The position numbers and the translations under genes were made by a program. Below are positions 50,001 through 61,464 of a stretch of DNA of 64,000 nt, piece after piece (the stretch's first letter is position 1; each line of letters opens with the position of its first letter). Under the pieces are notes generated by a model. That model searched no databases. It saw only the letters and a program-made list of their open reading frames with translations, and was not told the DNA's origin. The DNA is from Eledone cirrhosa (lineage: Eukaryota): NCBI GenBank assembly GCA_964016885.1, contig OZ024742.1:26722001-26786000 (forward strand), in the 5' to 3' direction.

Positions 50001-50512
50001 ACAACTTCCAGAAATCTCTGGCCTGGCAGTGCTACCGAGGAGCCTTGCCAGTTCGGGATAAACTCTACAGGCATGGAGGTGCCGTCAGCCGGGCATGTCC
50101 GAGATGCGCGCAGGGCGACGAAACCGTCCTGCACGCACTCGTCCAGTGTCCGAAAATTGCTGACTTGTGGGTTTATGTCGAACACCTGCTGTCGCGTTTA
50201 GGACGGATCCAGCTATCATCTGAGTCTATCGTGAGGATTGCCCCGCCCTCCTCCTTTAGCCGGGAAGGGCAGGCAGTTTTTATCTGTCTGGTGGCCATGG
50301 CGAAAGAGATAGTATGGTGGACACGTTTGAAAGGGCTGAAGACGAGCACTTACCTCTTCGGTGATGCTCTGATTGACTTTTTCAAATTTCATTTGAAAAG
50401 GAAAATCAGAGTAGAGAAGGAAGTGCTCTCTTCCCAGCATTTTGTTGAAAGATGGGTGAGAGAAGCAAGAATGGCCCGAGTGAATGGGCCGACTCTGAGT
50501 ATATATCTGTAA
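47093..50512 (+). CDS. Tx1-like ORF2p of copy 2 (1139 aa, intact)
   Basis: Matches copy 1 except for two replacements seen (LWKG>LWMG, ALDQ>ALGQ). Confidence 0.96.
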   Translation: MTSLRIGSINARGLGSSWKQGHLLNDLRSLNIDVVAISETRISEARAFAPIFGGYDVYASPSRPGSGGGVAVLFRRGLDLAIRAIFLDPEGKLVVLDVTSGDGQAFRLVAVYAPTGAGRPDFFRRLETFLGTSRSLVLVGDWNGILDARWDCVGLADRGGGCKSLTNLLRRFELSDRYRLDFPNVPMWTWTNRIGSSRSYLDRVFCREIDRSSIGCPQFKIVSYTDHKFVICVLDLDRLHRRGPGYWKLNASLPARKAYRDRISELVKRALTGAIVNNKWWFALKRAIRIESIRFSKALAIEKNRAEGELVRKLDEALSKGIATDVLAAKLALDQFFNAKHEGCVVRARVRALRHEGTKAVQWARVAEARRGNKATIRSLVDHDGRMLLDPGQMCEAFQRHFAQLFGGSGGPGRGMDFSVYLDGLPRLSATEAKCCEKPITAAEVREAMTGCTRGKSPGLDGLPYELYVQMPDLFGGLLADVYCNWQQNGRIPSSVSRGAVALLRKDPNKGDNIDNFRPITLLNTEFKILAKVLAKRLALVVGGLVGEAQTCAIPDRSIHDNLHLMRYIVERVAREPGTGGSLINLDQSKAFDRVDHRYLAAVLRAAGFGPVFRGWIAAMHSDICSVVRVNGHLSEPFNIMRSVRQGCPLSSLLYVLTLEPLLHKLETLRGVPRELGCGRSVSAYADDVTVVVSNAKHIEAIGTTLREYEAVTGAMINQEKSVGLQLGTWRGRSMPSNSVVGRWTDGPVKLLGVWFGPDLQTDKNWDEVTSRVASLTQKWAERKLSLKGRAEVANAYIASVICYRLTVVPCPKPRLTALERLLFRFLWMGRAPMVRRSICCQHPLRGGLGMPWLMMRRHALRLRHLHLFLDGDQVWSPFARRVFPQLVSLTELQSWVKRRPRGSAWRLECLQALTALGQSGNVIGGNSTSAFYRGLVEGKSDDVLGETLGVDENQLANLFGRTFGPGPMDNFQKSLAWQCYRGALPVRDKLYRHGGAVSRACPRCAQGDETVLHALVQCPKIADLWVYVEHLLSRLGRIQLSSESIVRIAPPSSFSREGQAVFICLVAMAKEIVWWTRLKGLKTSTYLFGDALIDFFKFHLKRKIRVEKEVLSSQHFVERWVREARMARVNGPTLSIYL

Positions 50513-50773
50513 ACTAAAGGTGGAAAACTGGGAGAGGGCACTTGCCTTGGTGGTCAGGGTCATTGTGGCTTTTTACTGGGCTTTCTCCACAAATGTCCCT
50601 CCGAAGTCTCCCCCCTATTGGGGAATTTTTCATTGTTATTTTCATTGTTATTTTAGTTACATCCTCTGTTTTTGTTTTTTTTACACGCAGAAATGCCCAT
50701 TTGTACCGTCCTGCATTGTCCTGCACTGTCCTTAATGTCTACTTTATGTAAACCCTTGTGGTTAATAAAGAAA

Positions 50774-50862
<89 letters not shown>

Positions 50863-50864
<2 letters not shown>

Positions 50865-50927
50865 TGTGCAATGGCCATACTCGATAACGAGGGGGCAGCC
50901 ATCATGTATGTATGTATGTATGCATGT
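50863..50927 (+). mobile_element. Displaced 3' terminus of the RTE element with (ATGT)n tail
   Basis: ggccatactcgataacgagggggcagccatc followed by (atgt)n; the same motif occurs at 51501-51544 and 56160-56215. Confidence 0.75.
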
Positions 50928-51544
50928 CAGGTCACCAGTTGGTGCTACTGGTAACATGTATCCCAGTACAACCTGTCACATGGTCGGGTCGTTGGCGACT
51001 AAACTGGCAACCCCACCAATGTTTCTTGGTGAGGAGGGTGACTTTGAAAATCCTGCAGGACTAAAAACAAAACATGTCAAAGGGCAAAGGAGCTCTTAAG
51101 AATCAATGGCCATCCAAAATCACCGGGAGGGTTGACCCCTTAGCCTTTGTCAAGGCAGATTTCTAGCAGAAGGAAAACTCTGATATATCACCTGCAACTC
51201 TGATGGTATCCAATGATGTTGACTTGTTCTTCTTTTTGGTAAATATCATCTTGGTTAAGAGAGTGGGACTGGCTTTGTGCAGTGCCTTTGCTCACTATAA
51301 AAGCTTCAGGGCACAAGCATTGCTTTATATCTGGAGATCTCTCTGCACTTGTCGTCACATGGTACCATGGGCCCAGCACTATGTGTCAATATTTGTCACA
51401 AGTGTAGTGTTTGTACAGGGTTTTCAAGTCGCTGGCTGGACTAAAAAGTCACACTCGTTCAGCGCATTGGTAGGGGTTCTCCTACATGGATATAAAGTAG
51501 TGGCCGTACTCGAAAACGAGTTGGCAGCCACCATGTATGTATGT
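50928..51544 (+). mobile_element. Non-autonomous bipartite RTE derivative (5' UTR plus 3' terminus)
   Basis: RTE-like 5' motif tctagcagaaggaaaactctga; 3' ggccgtactcgaaaacgagttggcagccacc plus (atgt)3; no long ORF. Confidence 0.7.
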
Positions 51545-54500
51545 TTTCTCTTTCTCTTAATTTCGAGTATATTTTTTTGACCGGCCACCTTCCTGGTGGC
51601 AAGGTTGTAAAAGAAAAGAAATTGTCATCCCTTGAATCGCAAGCATGCTTTGCAAATTTTGAAGGTGCCAGCTATCGCAGCCATTTGTAGACTATGAATT
51701 AGGGAGCTGCGCTTTTTGTCCGCAAATCCAAGTTCAGTCATACTTTGGTCCAAGCGGGTTGGTATATAACCCGTAGCACCAATAATGATGGGTATGAAGC
51801 TAAAGGTGTATCTTGGATACTGGATTTGTAAACTCCTCATCAATGGTCCGTAGATGTCCTCCTTCTCCTGTATTTTTCTGACAACGTTTACATCAAGTGG
51901 GCAGCTGATCTCCACAACAGAACAGGTTTTCAATGTGTGGTCCCAAACATCAATATCAGGCCGGTTGTGCTTTAATTTGGTGGCAGTTTTTATTTTCAGG
52001 TTCCACCAGTATTCCTTAGTGCCATCTGTCTCAATATATTCTTCCTCGTTTGTTGTTAATTTTGTTTTCCGAAGTGCGTTCCAGATGGTTCTAGCTATCA
52101 CATCGTGTCTCGTGGGGAGGTAGTAGCGAGATGACATTCTTTTGCAACTGGCAACAATGTGGCTTACATCCTCGATCTTTGTTTTACATAGCCTACATTT
52201 ATTGTCAGCTGCTGGCCCTCCTCTTTTGTGCAGCAGATATTTGGTAGGGAGTTCTTGTTCCTGTATTGCATAGAGATATCCCTCAAGGTGTGATGTAATA
52301 AACCTGTCGGAACTCCATGCCAGGCTTTTTGAGTGGTTTATCCCCTCTATGGTCTGTGTTTTACGCCTCAAGTATCCATGCACAACTTTTTCTGTAAATT
52401 GGTCAATTTGTTTATTTTTTTTGAACATTGAATAGGATCTTCCGATTTCTCTGGGTGAGAGATTTATATCAGGCTTTATTCCATATCTCTCCTCCAGATC
52501 AGTCGCTATTCTAATGATATTTCTTTGTTCATGCTCATAAACCTGGGCAAGATGGTTGCCAACCTTTTTCCTCTGTTGAAGGTGTTGCTTCAGTGTTACT
52601 ATCCGGGTCTCATATGTTGTTAATATTGATTTTAGACCCCGGCCACCTTCCTTGCGTGAGAAGTATAGCCTATCCACATCACCATTGATGTTAAAGTTCC
52701 CAGTAACACTGAGAAGTTTTCGAGTTCTAACATCCATCTCACTTAGTTCTTGCAATGTCCAGTTCAGTAGGCCAAATGTTGGCGTTAGAATTGGCACAGC
52801 ATAAGTATTGTGGGCAATGTATTTGTTGTATGCTGACAGTTCTGATGACCATATTTTCTTTACTCTTCTGAGGTATTCAGTTCTGGTTCTCTCCTTATTT
52901 ATGGGTCCATCATATCTGACATTCTCATCCTGTCCAAGATATCTGTAGTTGTCACCTGACTGCAGAGGTTGTATTGTCAGGTTGTTCATCTCTAGATTTC
53001 TAGAGGAGGGCACAGCTCTTCCACGTTTTACTGCCAAATATGCACACTTGGACTCACCAAATTTCATTTTGATGTCGGTTGAAAATTGTGTAATGAGGTC
53101 CAATTGTTTCTTGATGTCATTGATATTTGGCCCATACAACTTCAGGTCATCAACAAAGAAAAAATGGGAGATACTTCTGGGCCCACTTCTTTGTCCACCT
53201 TGTTTCCTGAGTAGGTAAGATAGTGGATTCAGTGAGAGAACGAAGAGTAGCACTGACAAGCTATCACCCTGAAAGATGCCCTTCTGGTAATATATCTTAT
53301 CAGTCTTAACCTGCTCCTTCTCACCTCTAAGGATCAAATTGGTGTACCAGTTCTTGGTCAGGCATTCAACAGCAGCTACCAATGGTTGTGGGACTTTAGC
53401 TAACTGTAAAGCCTTAATAATCCACCCATGAGGTACACTATCAAATGTTTTTTGATAGTCCAGCCACACGACAGTCATGTTTCTGCGATTCTTTGTTGTT
53501 TTTTTCCTGAATCATTTTGTTAGTTAGTAGGTGATCTATGCAACCCCACACCTCCCTCTTTCCACCAACTTGCTCAGGTTTTATGATGTTGTTGGTAGCA
53601 CAGTGATCCTGTAAGAACAGGTTAAGGCACCCAGTATATAATTTATACATGATGTTTTGGCAGGCAATTGGGCGGTAATTTTTAGCAAGTGTGGTTTGGC
53701 TATTTTTGAGAATGAGGAGAGTAGTGGCAGTTGACAACCATCTGGGCAGTTCTTGTATGCCCTTAATGGTTTCTGTAAACAGCCGTATGAGATCTTGCCG
53801 ATAGAAAGTGAAATTCTTCAACCAGTATCCTGTAATGAGGTCTGGGCCTGGCGATTTCCTACTCGATATTTTCTGTAGAGTTGTTTCCAGTATTGACCCA
53901 TCTATGTCATATTGTTTTGTCTGGACATGTTGGCAGTAGGCCTGTTCCAGTTCTTTTAGCCAATTAGCTTGTCTGTTGAATCCGTCATCCGTTTCCCATA
54001 CAGATCTCCAGTAGCTCTCAACCTGTTCTTTTGAAGGGGTGTCGTTTACAGGGATTGAGCTTTTGCCACCGAAGCTGCGATAAACTGATTTAGGATCTCT
54101 GGCAAACAATCTATTTAGCACTTGTCGTTTATGTGTTGTTGACTTATATGTTAGTCTTTCTGTTGTAGCTGTGAGTTGTTGTTTCAACTGGTGTAATTTG
54201 GAGTTCAAAGTTTTAAATTTTGTATCTCCAAATAGTCTCTCTAACTTTTTCTTTAGGTCTTCCTGGTGTCGTGTGAAGTTGCTCTCTATGTTGCATTTCA
54301 TAACGACTGCGATGTGTGAGATACTTCGTCTCAGGGACAACATTTTGGTTTTTAAATTTCGCATCCACGCTGGTTCAGGCTTTCTGTTTGTATCTTGATT
54401 GCTTGGTTTTAGATGTGTATTATATGATAGCAATGTGACAGCTGAAACATATAACAAAACATTAAGCGTTTCAAATGTCGTTTCTACACCTTTAGATCGT

Positions 54501-55774
54501 ATAGCCTTCAGATAATTGCCAGCTATTTCGTTCACCGCTTCCAATTCCAATTTAGTGGGTTCTTTACTGACTCTAGTGTTGTATGGTCTGTCACTCACAT
54601 TAAGGCTGTGTATCTCTTGAAACATATCGTTCCATATCACTTGTAGGGTGCCCACAAGTTTTTGGTGCTCAGTTTGTTCAGTAGAGTCATGAATTTCAGC
54701 CTCGTTGTTGATGTGGTGACAATTACTACTAGAGTCAGCTGACCTTTCTCGCTTTTCTTCAGTGGAAGTGGGATGGATTTCAGCAAAATTGTTGGTGAGC
54801 TGTTCACTGTTAGATTTAGATGGCCATTCTCTTTGTCTGTCAGTGGAGGTTGGGTGGTTGTCTACAAGGGCTGTATTTGTAGTATCACTCAATTCCGTTA
54901 GATGTATCAATTTACATCTAATGATACATTTTGCCTGTTCATTTAAATGCTTTGGAGAAAAGTCTAATTCTGGGTGTTTGGAGTTCCATAAAATATTTAG
55001 CCTTTGCATGAAACCGAACTTTTGGGGTTCAGATTGTTTGTCTGCTTCATATAATACTTTGTTAAGCTCGTAGCTCCACTGTATACAACGGTTGTAGTTA
55101 CGATTTGGTCGAAGGAGACTTGTACTTTTTGCCATTATGAGTTCGTCTACTCAGTAATATTTCGTATTTATTTTTCAAAATAGTCGATGATCTTCTTTCA
55201 AAGTTACGACAAAGTTCTGTCAGAATCAAATTTAAAGTTATTCACAGCTTGGGTAATATTTCTTTTCAGTTAGTTTTTAATTCTACAACTGTGTTTTAGA
55301 CGTTGTTCTTGAATGGTTTGAATCGAGAACAAAAAAGAACCGTTACTTAGTATATTCTTTATGAATGTAATATAATATAACAACGCTGTATTTATATGTT
55401 AAAGTTTATATATCATTCATATAAATAGGTGTTCTACAACCTATTCACAACATATTCACAGTTCAAACACTTATATTTTTGTTTCTGAATCGAAAACGTT
55501 ACTTGTATATTTCTTTATAAATGTAATATAACAACGTTGCATTTATATGTTAAAGTGTATGTATCGTTCATATATCATAAGTGTATGTATGTATCGTTCA
55601 TATAAATAGGTGTTTTACAACACACTTACAGTTCAAACACTTATGTAGAATTATTGTATGTAATCTTACCGCGTAATGTAGCTCAACTTTTTCCAATATA
55701 TGGTATGTTGCCTTCATGTAAGCCGTAATTACACACGTCCGATTATCGGACACTGACCACAACGGTCGCCATTT
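51545..55774 (-). mobile_element. Apparently full-length R4/Dong-like RLE non-LTR retrotransposon inserted in (ATGT)n
   Basis: RT plus RLE ORF, ~640-bp 5' UTR and short 3' UTR; (ATGT)3 on the left flank and about (ATGT)10 on the right. Confidence 0.88.
51625..55135 (-). pseudogene. R4/Dong-like RT-RLE polyprotein (~1169 aa if one homopolymer frameshift is corrected)
   Basis: KSPGPDLI, NYRPIAC, WLDYQKTFDSVPH, GIFQGDSLS, FVDDLKLY, EGYLYAIQEQ, CRLC...H...C, RHD, RPDI..E; removing one T from 53499-53505 joins the two ORFs as IQEKTTKNRRNMTVVW. Confidence 0.9.
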
Positions 55775-55816
55775 ATGTATGTATGTATGTATGTATGTAT
55801 GTATGTATGTATGTAT

Positions 55817-56215
55817 CGGGCTGGATACACGATCGCGCAGTCAAACCACTGGGAATGAAGGACCCCTAGCACTTGTCAGGGCATCTTCTAGGAGAAGGCA
55901 ACCCAGGAAACTGGGATAACTCCAACATAAAACATGCGGCTCAGTAGTTACCGGTGATGTTGATCTTTTCTTCTTTTCGGGTTATAGTTACTGTCGCTCA
56001 GAGAGTGGGATTGGCTCAGTGTACAGTCTTTCCTCACTTAAAAAAAACAATCTTCATGCTCAGGCATCGATAAAATAAAGTACCAGTAATACACTGGGAA
56101 AATTGCAAGGCTTGTGCCAAAAGTAGAAACAATTAATTAATAATTATTAATAAAGTTATATTGTGCAATTGCCATACTCGATAACGAGGGGGCAGCCATC
56201 TTATACGTATGTATG
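55817..56215 (+). mobile_element. Second non-autonomous RTE derivative carrying a SINE 3' fragment (56067-56135)
   Basis: tctaggagaaggcaac 5' UTR homology; SINE end gataaaataaagtaccag...gtagaaacaatt; RTE terminus gccatactcgataacgagggggcagccatc. Confidence 0.7.
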
Positions 56216-56686
56216 TGCGTATGGGTCCATGCATATACATCTTTGTATGTATCTATGCATGTATGTATATATAGATATGTATGTTTTAATGCATGAATAC
56301 GTATGAGCAAATCTGCTCTTTAACAACAAACATAATGTTTTTTCTACACTTATTTATTCGTACTTTTGTAATCAATGCTATTTATCTAAAGATTTGTTGT
56401 TCCTGTAGATATTTGTTCTGCTTTATCGTAAAGACTATATCAGCGACCTCGACGAAATATTTATAGGTTTTCTTGAGAAAAGGCGTAGCGAGAGATCTCT
56501 TGAAGAAAACCTAATTCTCTAAACTCGTTGGTAATATATCGAAGAACTGTTTTCCTATTTCGCTCTTTTTCTGTTATATTATTTTTATTTTTATCATTAC
56601 CATCAGCATCATCATTATTATTACTATCATTGTCATATTATTATCATTATTATTATTATTATTATTATTATAATTATTATTATCAT

Positions 56687-56754
<68 letters not shown>

Positions 56755-57278
56755 TTACAGTCATTAAAGCTTGTAAATTTAATGAAAATCAATACAAAGA
56801 ACCTAACACTTAATCCTTATCTATGTTTACACTAACAATTTATCTATTGCTGTACTAAAGGCAAAGACAAATAACAAAATTTACGAAGATAATTTCGAAA
56901 AGAGAAAATTCTAGCTGCTTGGATGTTAAATAACAGTGGTTGCTAAGGTAGACGAGACACAAATTGATATTAATATGTTTTTAAATGCTACTTATGAAAT
57001 TCTTTCTTCATTGCTTATACCCTTTTGTTTCGGGAGATATATGTTTTTCATGCGAGTGTGTGTGTGTGGTGGTGGTGGTGGGGGGGGGGGGGGGGGGGTA
57101 TGTTGCCATTATATATATTTTTATGGTGGTTATTTTGTTGCTGGCTATACCGGTCATAGTATAATATTTCCTGACTGGTTGGTTGACAAACATTTCACCA
57201 AACAAATCCTAATCCATTCCTTATATGTATGCATATATATATATATATATAAAATCATATATATATTCATATATATAC

Positions 57279-57309
<31 letters not shown>

Positions 57310-57364
57310 AATATATATATATGAACACATATATATATATATATATACAATCATATATATATTC

Positions 57365-57407
<43 letters not shown>

Positions 57408-57464
57408 TATATATATATGAACACATATATATATATAGAATCATATATATATTCTAATATATAC

Positions 57465-57557
<93 letters not shown>

Positions 57558-57573
57558 CATATATATATATATG

Positions 57574-57614
<41 letters not shown>

Positions 57615-58229
57615 GCACACAATTATGCTTCCTCGCATGCAAGAACGCCTGTGTGTGTGCTTGTATATGTGAAGTTTGTGTCTTCTTACGTAAACAAGGA
57701 ATTAAAAGAGTGAGTATGAAGCACGGTTGACTTTCTACAATCTCAGGTCTGTAATAAATATTTCCTTCACTTTAACTTTAATATCTATTTCTTTGTCATG
57801 TTTTTCCCGTTTCCTTTTAAAATATATTTTATTATTTTGGCTTGGGGTATAAATAAATATCGAGGTTGAGCTGTAATGTTTTAAAGCAATCGGTAGTCAT
57901 AAAATAAAACAGAGCTGTTTTTATCTCAGGAGAATTATAATTTCATCAAGGTTTTTTTCTTCAGATTTCTGTTTAAACATATTTTATGACATAACGTTGT
58001 AGGAATATTCATTTTTCTGCTCTCCTTTCCTTCTTCCAAGTATCATTCATTTCGCAGCTGTCATCATCACCCAGATTAAATATGTATAGAATTGTTGCTT
58101 TGTTTCTTAGGATTATATTCTTTTAGTAGTTTAAAAATATAGAAGATCGGTTATATAATATGTTTACATTTGTTTACTGTTCACCTGGAACTCTAATGGA
58201 GTCTTATCTCTCTGATTCTCACTTTCTCT

Positions 58230-58269
<40 letters not shown>

Positions 58270-58277
58270 CTCACTTT

Positions 58278-58330
<53 letters not shown>

Positions 58331-58439
58331 CACACACACGCACATATATATATATATATGATTCTATATATATATATATACACCCACATATACACACGCA
58401 TATACACACACATATATACACACATATACACATATACAG

Positions 58440-58489
<50 letters not shown>

Positions 58490-58547
58490 GTATATAAACA
58501 GATAAAGCATATGCATATATGTATGAACATGCACTCACATATACAAA

Positions 58548-58594
<47 letters not shown>

Positions 58595-58806
58595 ATGTAT
58601 GTATTTATATATGTATATGTATGTATGCATGTATATACATATATATATATATATATAATTAAGTTAAAGATGTACATCCATATATGTATACTGAAATACT
58701 AGTATGTATATTAATACACACACGTATACATATGTAGGTGTACCAAGTTTTTTCACTGGTCACTTTACTGTGAGTGGCCAGCTATTCTGTATGTAAACGT
58801 TATTTG

Positions 58807-58859
<53 letters not shown>

Positions 58860-59180
58860 CTTTCAGAAACATTTTTTCACGCTCAGAGTTGCTGAAGCAT
58901 GGAACAAACTGCCTGCGTGAGTTGTTAGCTGCCGAGACACTGCATTCTTTAAAACCCTCATGCTTCCCGAAATTCGCCAAAACTACACCTGATGTACCCC
59001 TTCCATACACATGTACACATGTGTATATTATGACTGTTCATTTCCTGACGTTTGTACATTACCCTATGTAATATACATACACTTTTTGATTCAGTTGTAG
59101 TGCACCTGAGCACTGTACACAACATTTTCATTATTATTTCATATACTGGTATATACATATACTGCTATGAGGACATGTGT
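58860..59180 (+). mobile_element. CR1/L2-group LINE 3' relic
   Basis: KHFFTLRVAEAWNKLPA*VV...FK matches the FF..RV...WN.LP C-terminal motif. Confidence 0.75.
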
Positions 59181-59694
59181 GCAATGTATGCAAGCATTTT
59201 CATACCATATGCTCTCAATTTTGCTCAAATTCCCTGAAAGCATTTAGTGAAAAGCTGACACCGTACATATCTATTGTATCTATTAATTGCCTGTTGAAAA
59301 TATATGTAATATTATAAATAATGTATCTAAAATGGAAGTACAACTATCCATTGTTGAAACATATACGCTAGTATGTACACTATATACATATACACACGCA
59401 CACATATTATATATATCGAAATATAGATATATAAATATATTATATGTATGTGTCTATATTATGAATATACATTAAAAACAACCGGAGACTGGGCTGGAGT
59501 TTATTTGAAATCTGGGAAAACATTATAAATAGTTCGATGGCATCACTTCATCATCTGATCATGTTGCAACACTTAAGCGATATCATCATGTGTTAATTGC
59601 ATAATATGTTCCATCGAGTGCTTTAAGTTTTTGCGTCATCGTTTACTAAGCGGATCACCTGCTCTACCCATTGTTACATTGTTAATAAACTAAC

Positions 59695-59757
<63 letters not shown>

Positions 59758-59758
59758 C

Positions 59759-59846
<88 letters not shown>

Positions 59847-60012
59847 GGGATAACAGATTATTGTTATAGGTAGTCCACTTAGGTGTAGTCCAGTTAGGTT
59901 AAGTCCGAAAACAAGCGGGTAGCGATCTCTAGACCTACTAGTTCAGAGAAACAATTGTCAGCAATGAGATTAAAAACATTTTTTGTATAGCAAACTGTGT
60001 CACTTTCTGATT

Positions 60013-60086
<74 letters not shown>

Positions 60087-60859
60087 AATATCTACTATAT
60101 AAATTGGAAGTGGTCGGACGTTGTATATTTATGTAAGTAGGTGTAGTCGGATAAACGTCGGAATGGCTTGGTGGAATGCAGTTATGCAGAATAACCCGAG
60201 GATGCGTTGGGTCGACTTTTAGGGTACAAGCTTCCATGGTTACGGAGAAAATCGACGAAACAGGAATTTCACATCCAAATTGAACTGAGAGTAATCTGTG
60301 AACGCAGAAGTAAATATTTCGAGAAACGTTCCAACCGAACGAAAATAGGAAGACGATATTGGGGTTGGTGAAGACGTTCCCTGGCAATGAACGAAAAAAA
60401 AAGCGAGAATAATACGTCGTTATGTGGAGCGGAAAGAGCAATTTCATGCAAAGACAAGACCAAGTTTATGGTATAAATGGAGTCGTTAGACTAATATTCT
60501 ATTTAACAAAACAGAATGATGATTAAGAATGATTAAGAATGATTAAGAATGATGTAAATAAAATTGAAAACGAAAATGACAGAGGTTATTAAAATAGTAA
60601 AAGTAAATACTGAAGATTTAGGCCAGTAGATACCTATGCCCCGACGGACATACACATACATACGCAGACACAAATGCATACCCCCCCCCCCACACACACA
60701 CAAACACACACAAACACACACACGCACGCACGCGTATGAATAAACCTTATGCATTTCTACAGTATTTTCACCAAACTTAAGACATAGGTTACTTATGTAC
60801 TCCGGATGGTCATGGGCACTTTCATTTTTCCAGATATTGATTATAGGGCCTCCCGGTAG

Positions 60860-61172
60860 ATAACCCCCTTTAACCACTTCCTTAGAGTCGACTGAAGCAC
60901 TGCAGTGCAATGCAACAAAACGTCATAACTTCTGGAGTTCGCAACCGATTTTCACAAAGCTTGACACATGTGCTACGTTTGTCCTACAGATGAATGTGAA
61001 CTCTCAGAATTGGTCTATATTCAGTAGGGGACCCCTGGGGGCAGGAACCCCCTTTTGGAAAAAGCCGATGATTTTGTAAAAGTATAGTTTTCGAAGCAGT
61101 ACCGAAGTATTGACATAAATGGTATACACAACTGCTATTTAATACCTGAGCAACGCCAGGTACCTCTGCTAG
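60860..61172 (+). mobile_element. Non-autonomous Helitron-like element 3' part
   Basis: Subterminal hairpin acctg-agcaacgc-caggt followed by CTAG-T; internal ccgattttcacaaagcttgacaca motif; 5' end uncertain. Confidence 0.6.
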
Positions 61173-61334
61173 TATATATATATATATATATAACGATGGA
61201 AGTGTGGTAAGTAGCCAGGTGGACCATAACGCACCGAAGTACTCGATACTGGGTAGTAGATTGGATAACAGGAAAATAGACAGAACAGAGTTCAGACCTA
61301 GTTGTCAAGACGGCCGGAGATCAGCCGTCGTGGT

Positions 61335-61427
<93 letters not shown>

Positions 61428-61464
61428 GAAAACAAGACGTGCTGCGTGGTTGCAATTGGGTTAC

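Larger units (their letters stand above)
44750..50775 (+). mobile_element. Full-length Tx1-clade LINE, copy 2
   Basis: Direct repeat of copy 1 with the same 5' start; followed by ~(ATT)19 and a T run. Confidence 0.93.

Noticed and set aside
39020-50887. Overlapping and antisense ORFs within the Tx1 copies
   Set aside because: Shadow frames of GC-rich or low-complexity coding sequence with no domain motifs.
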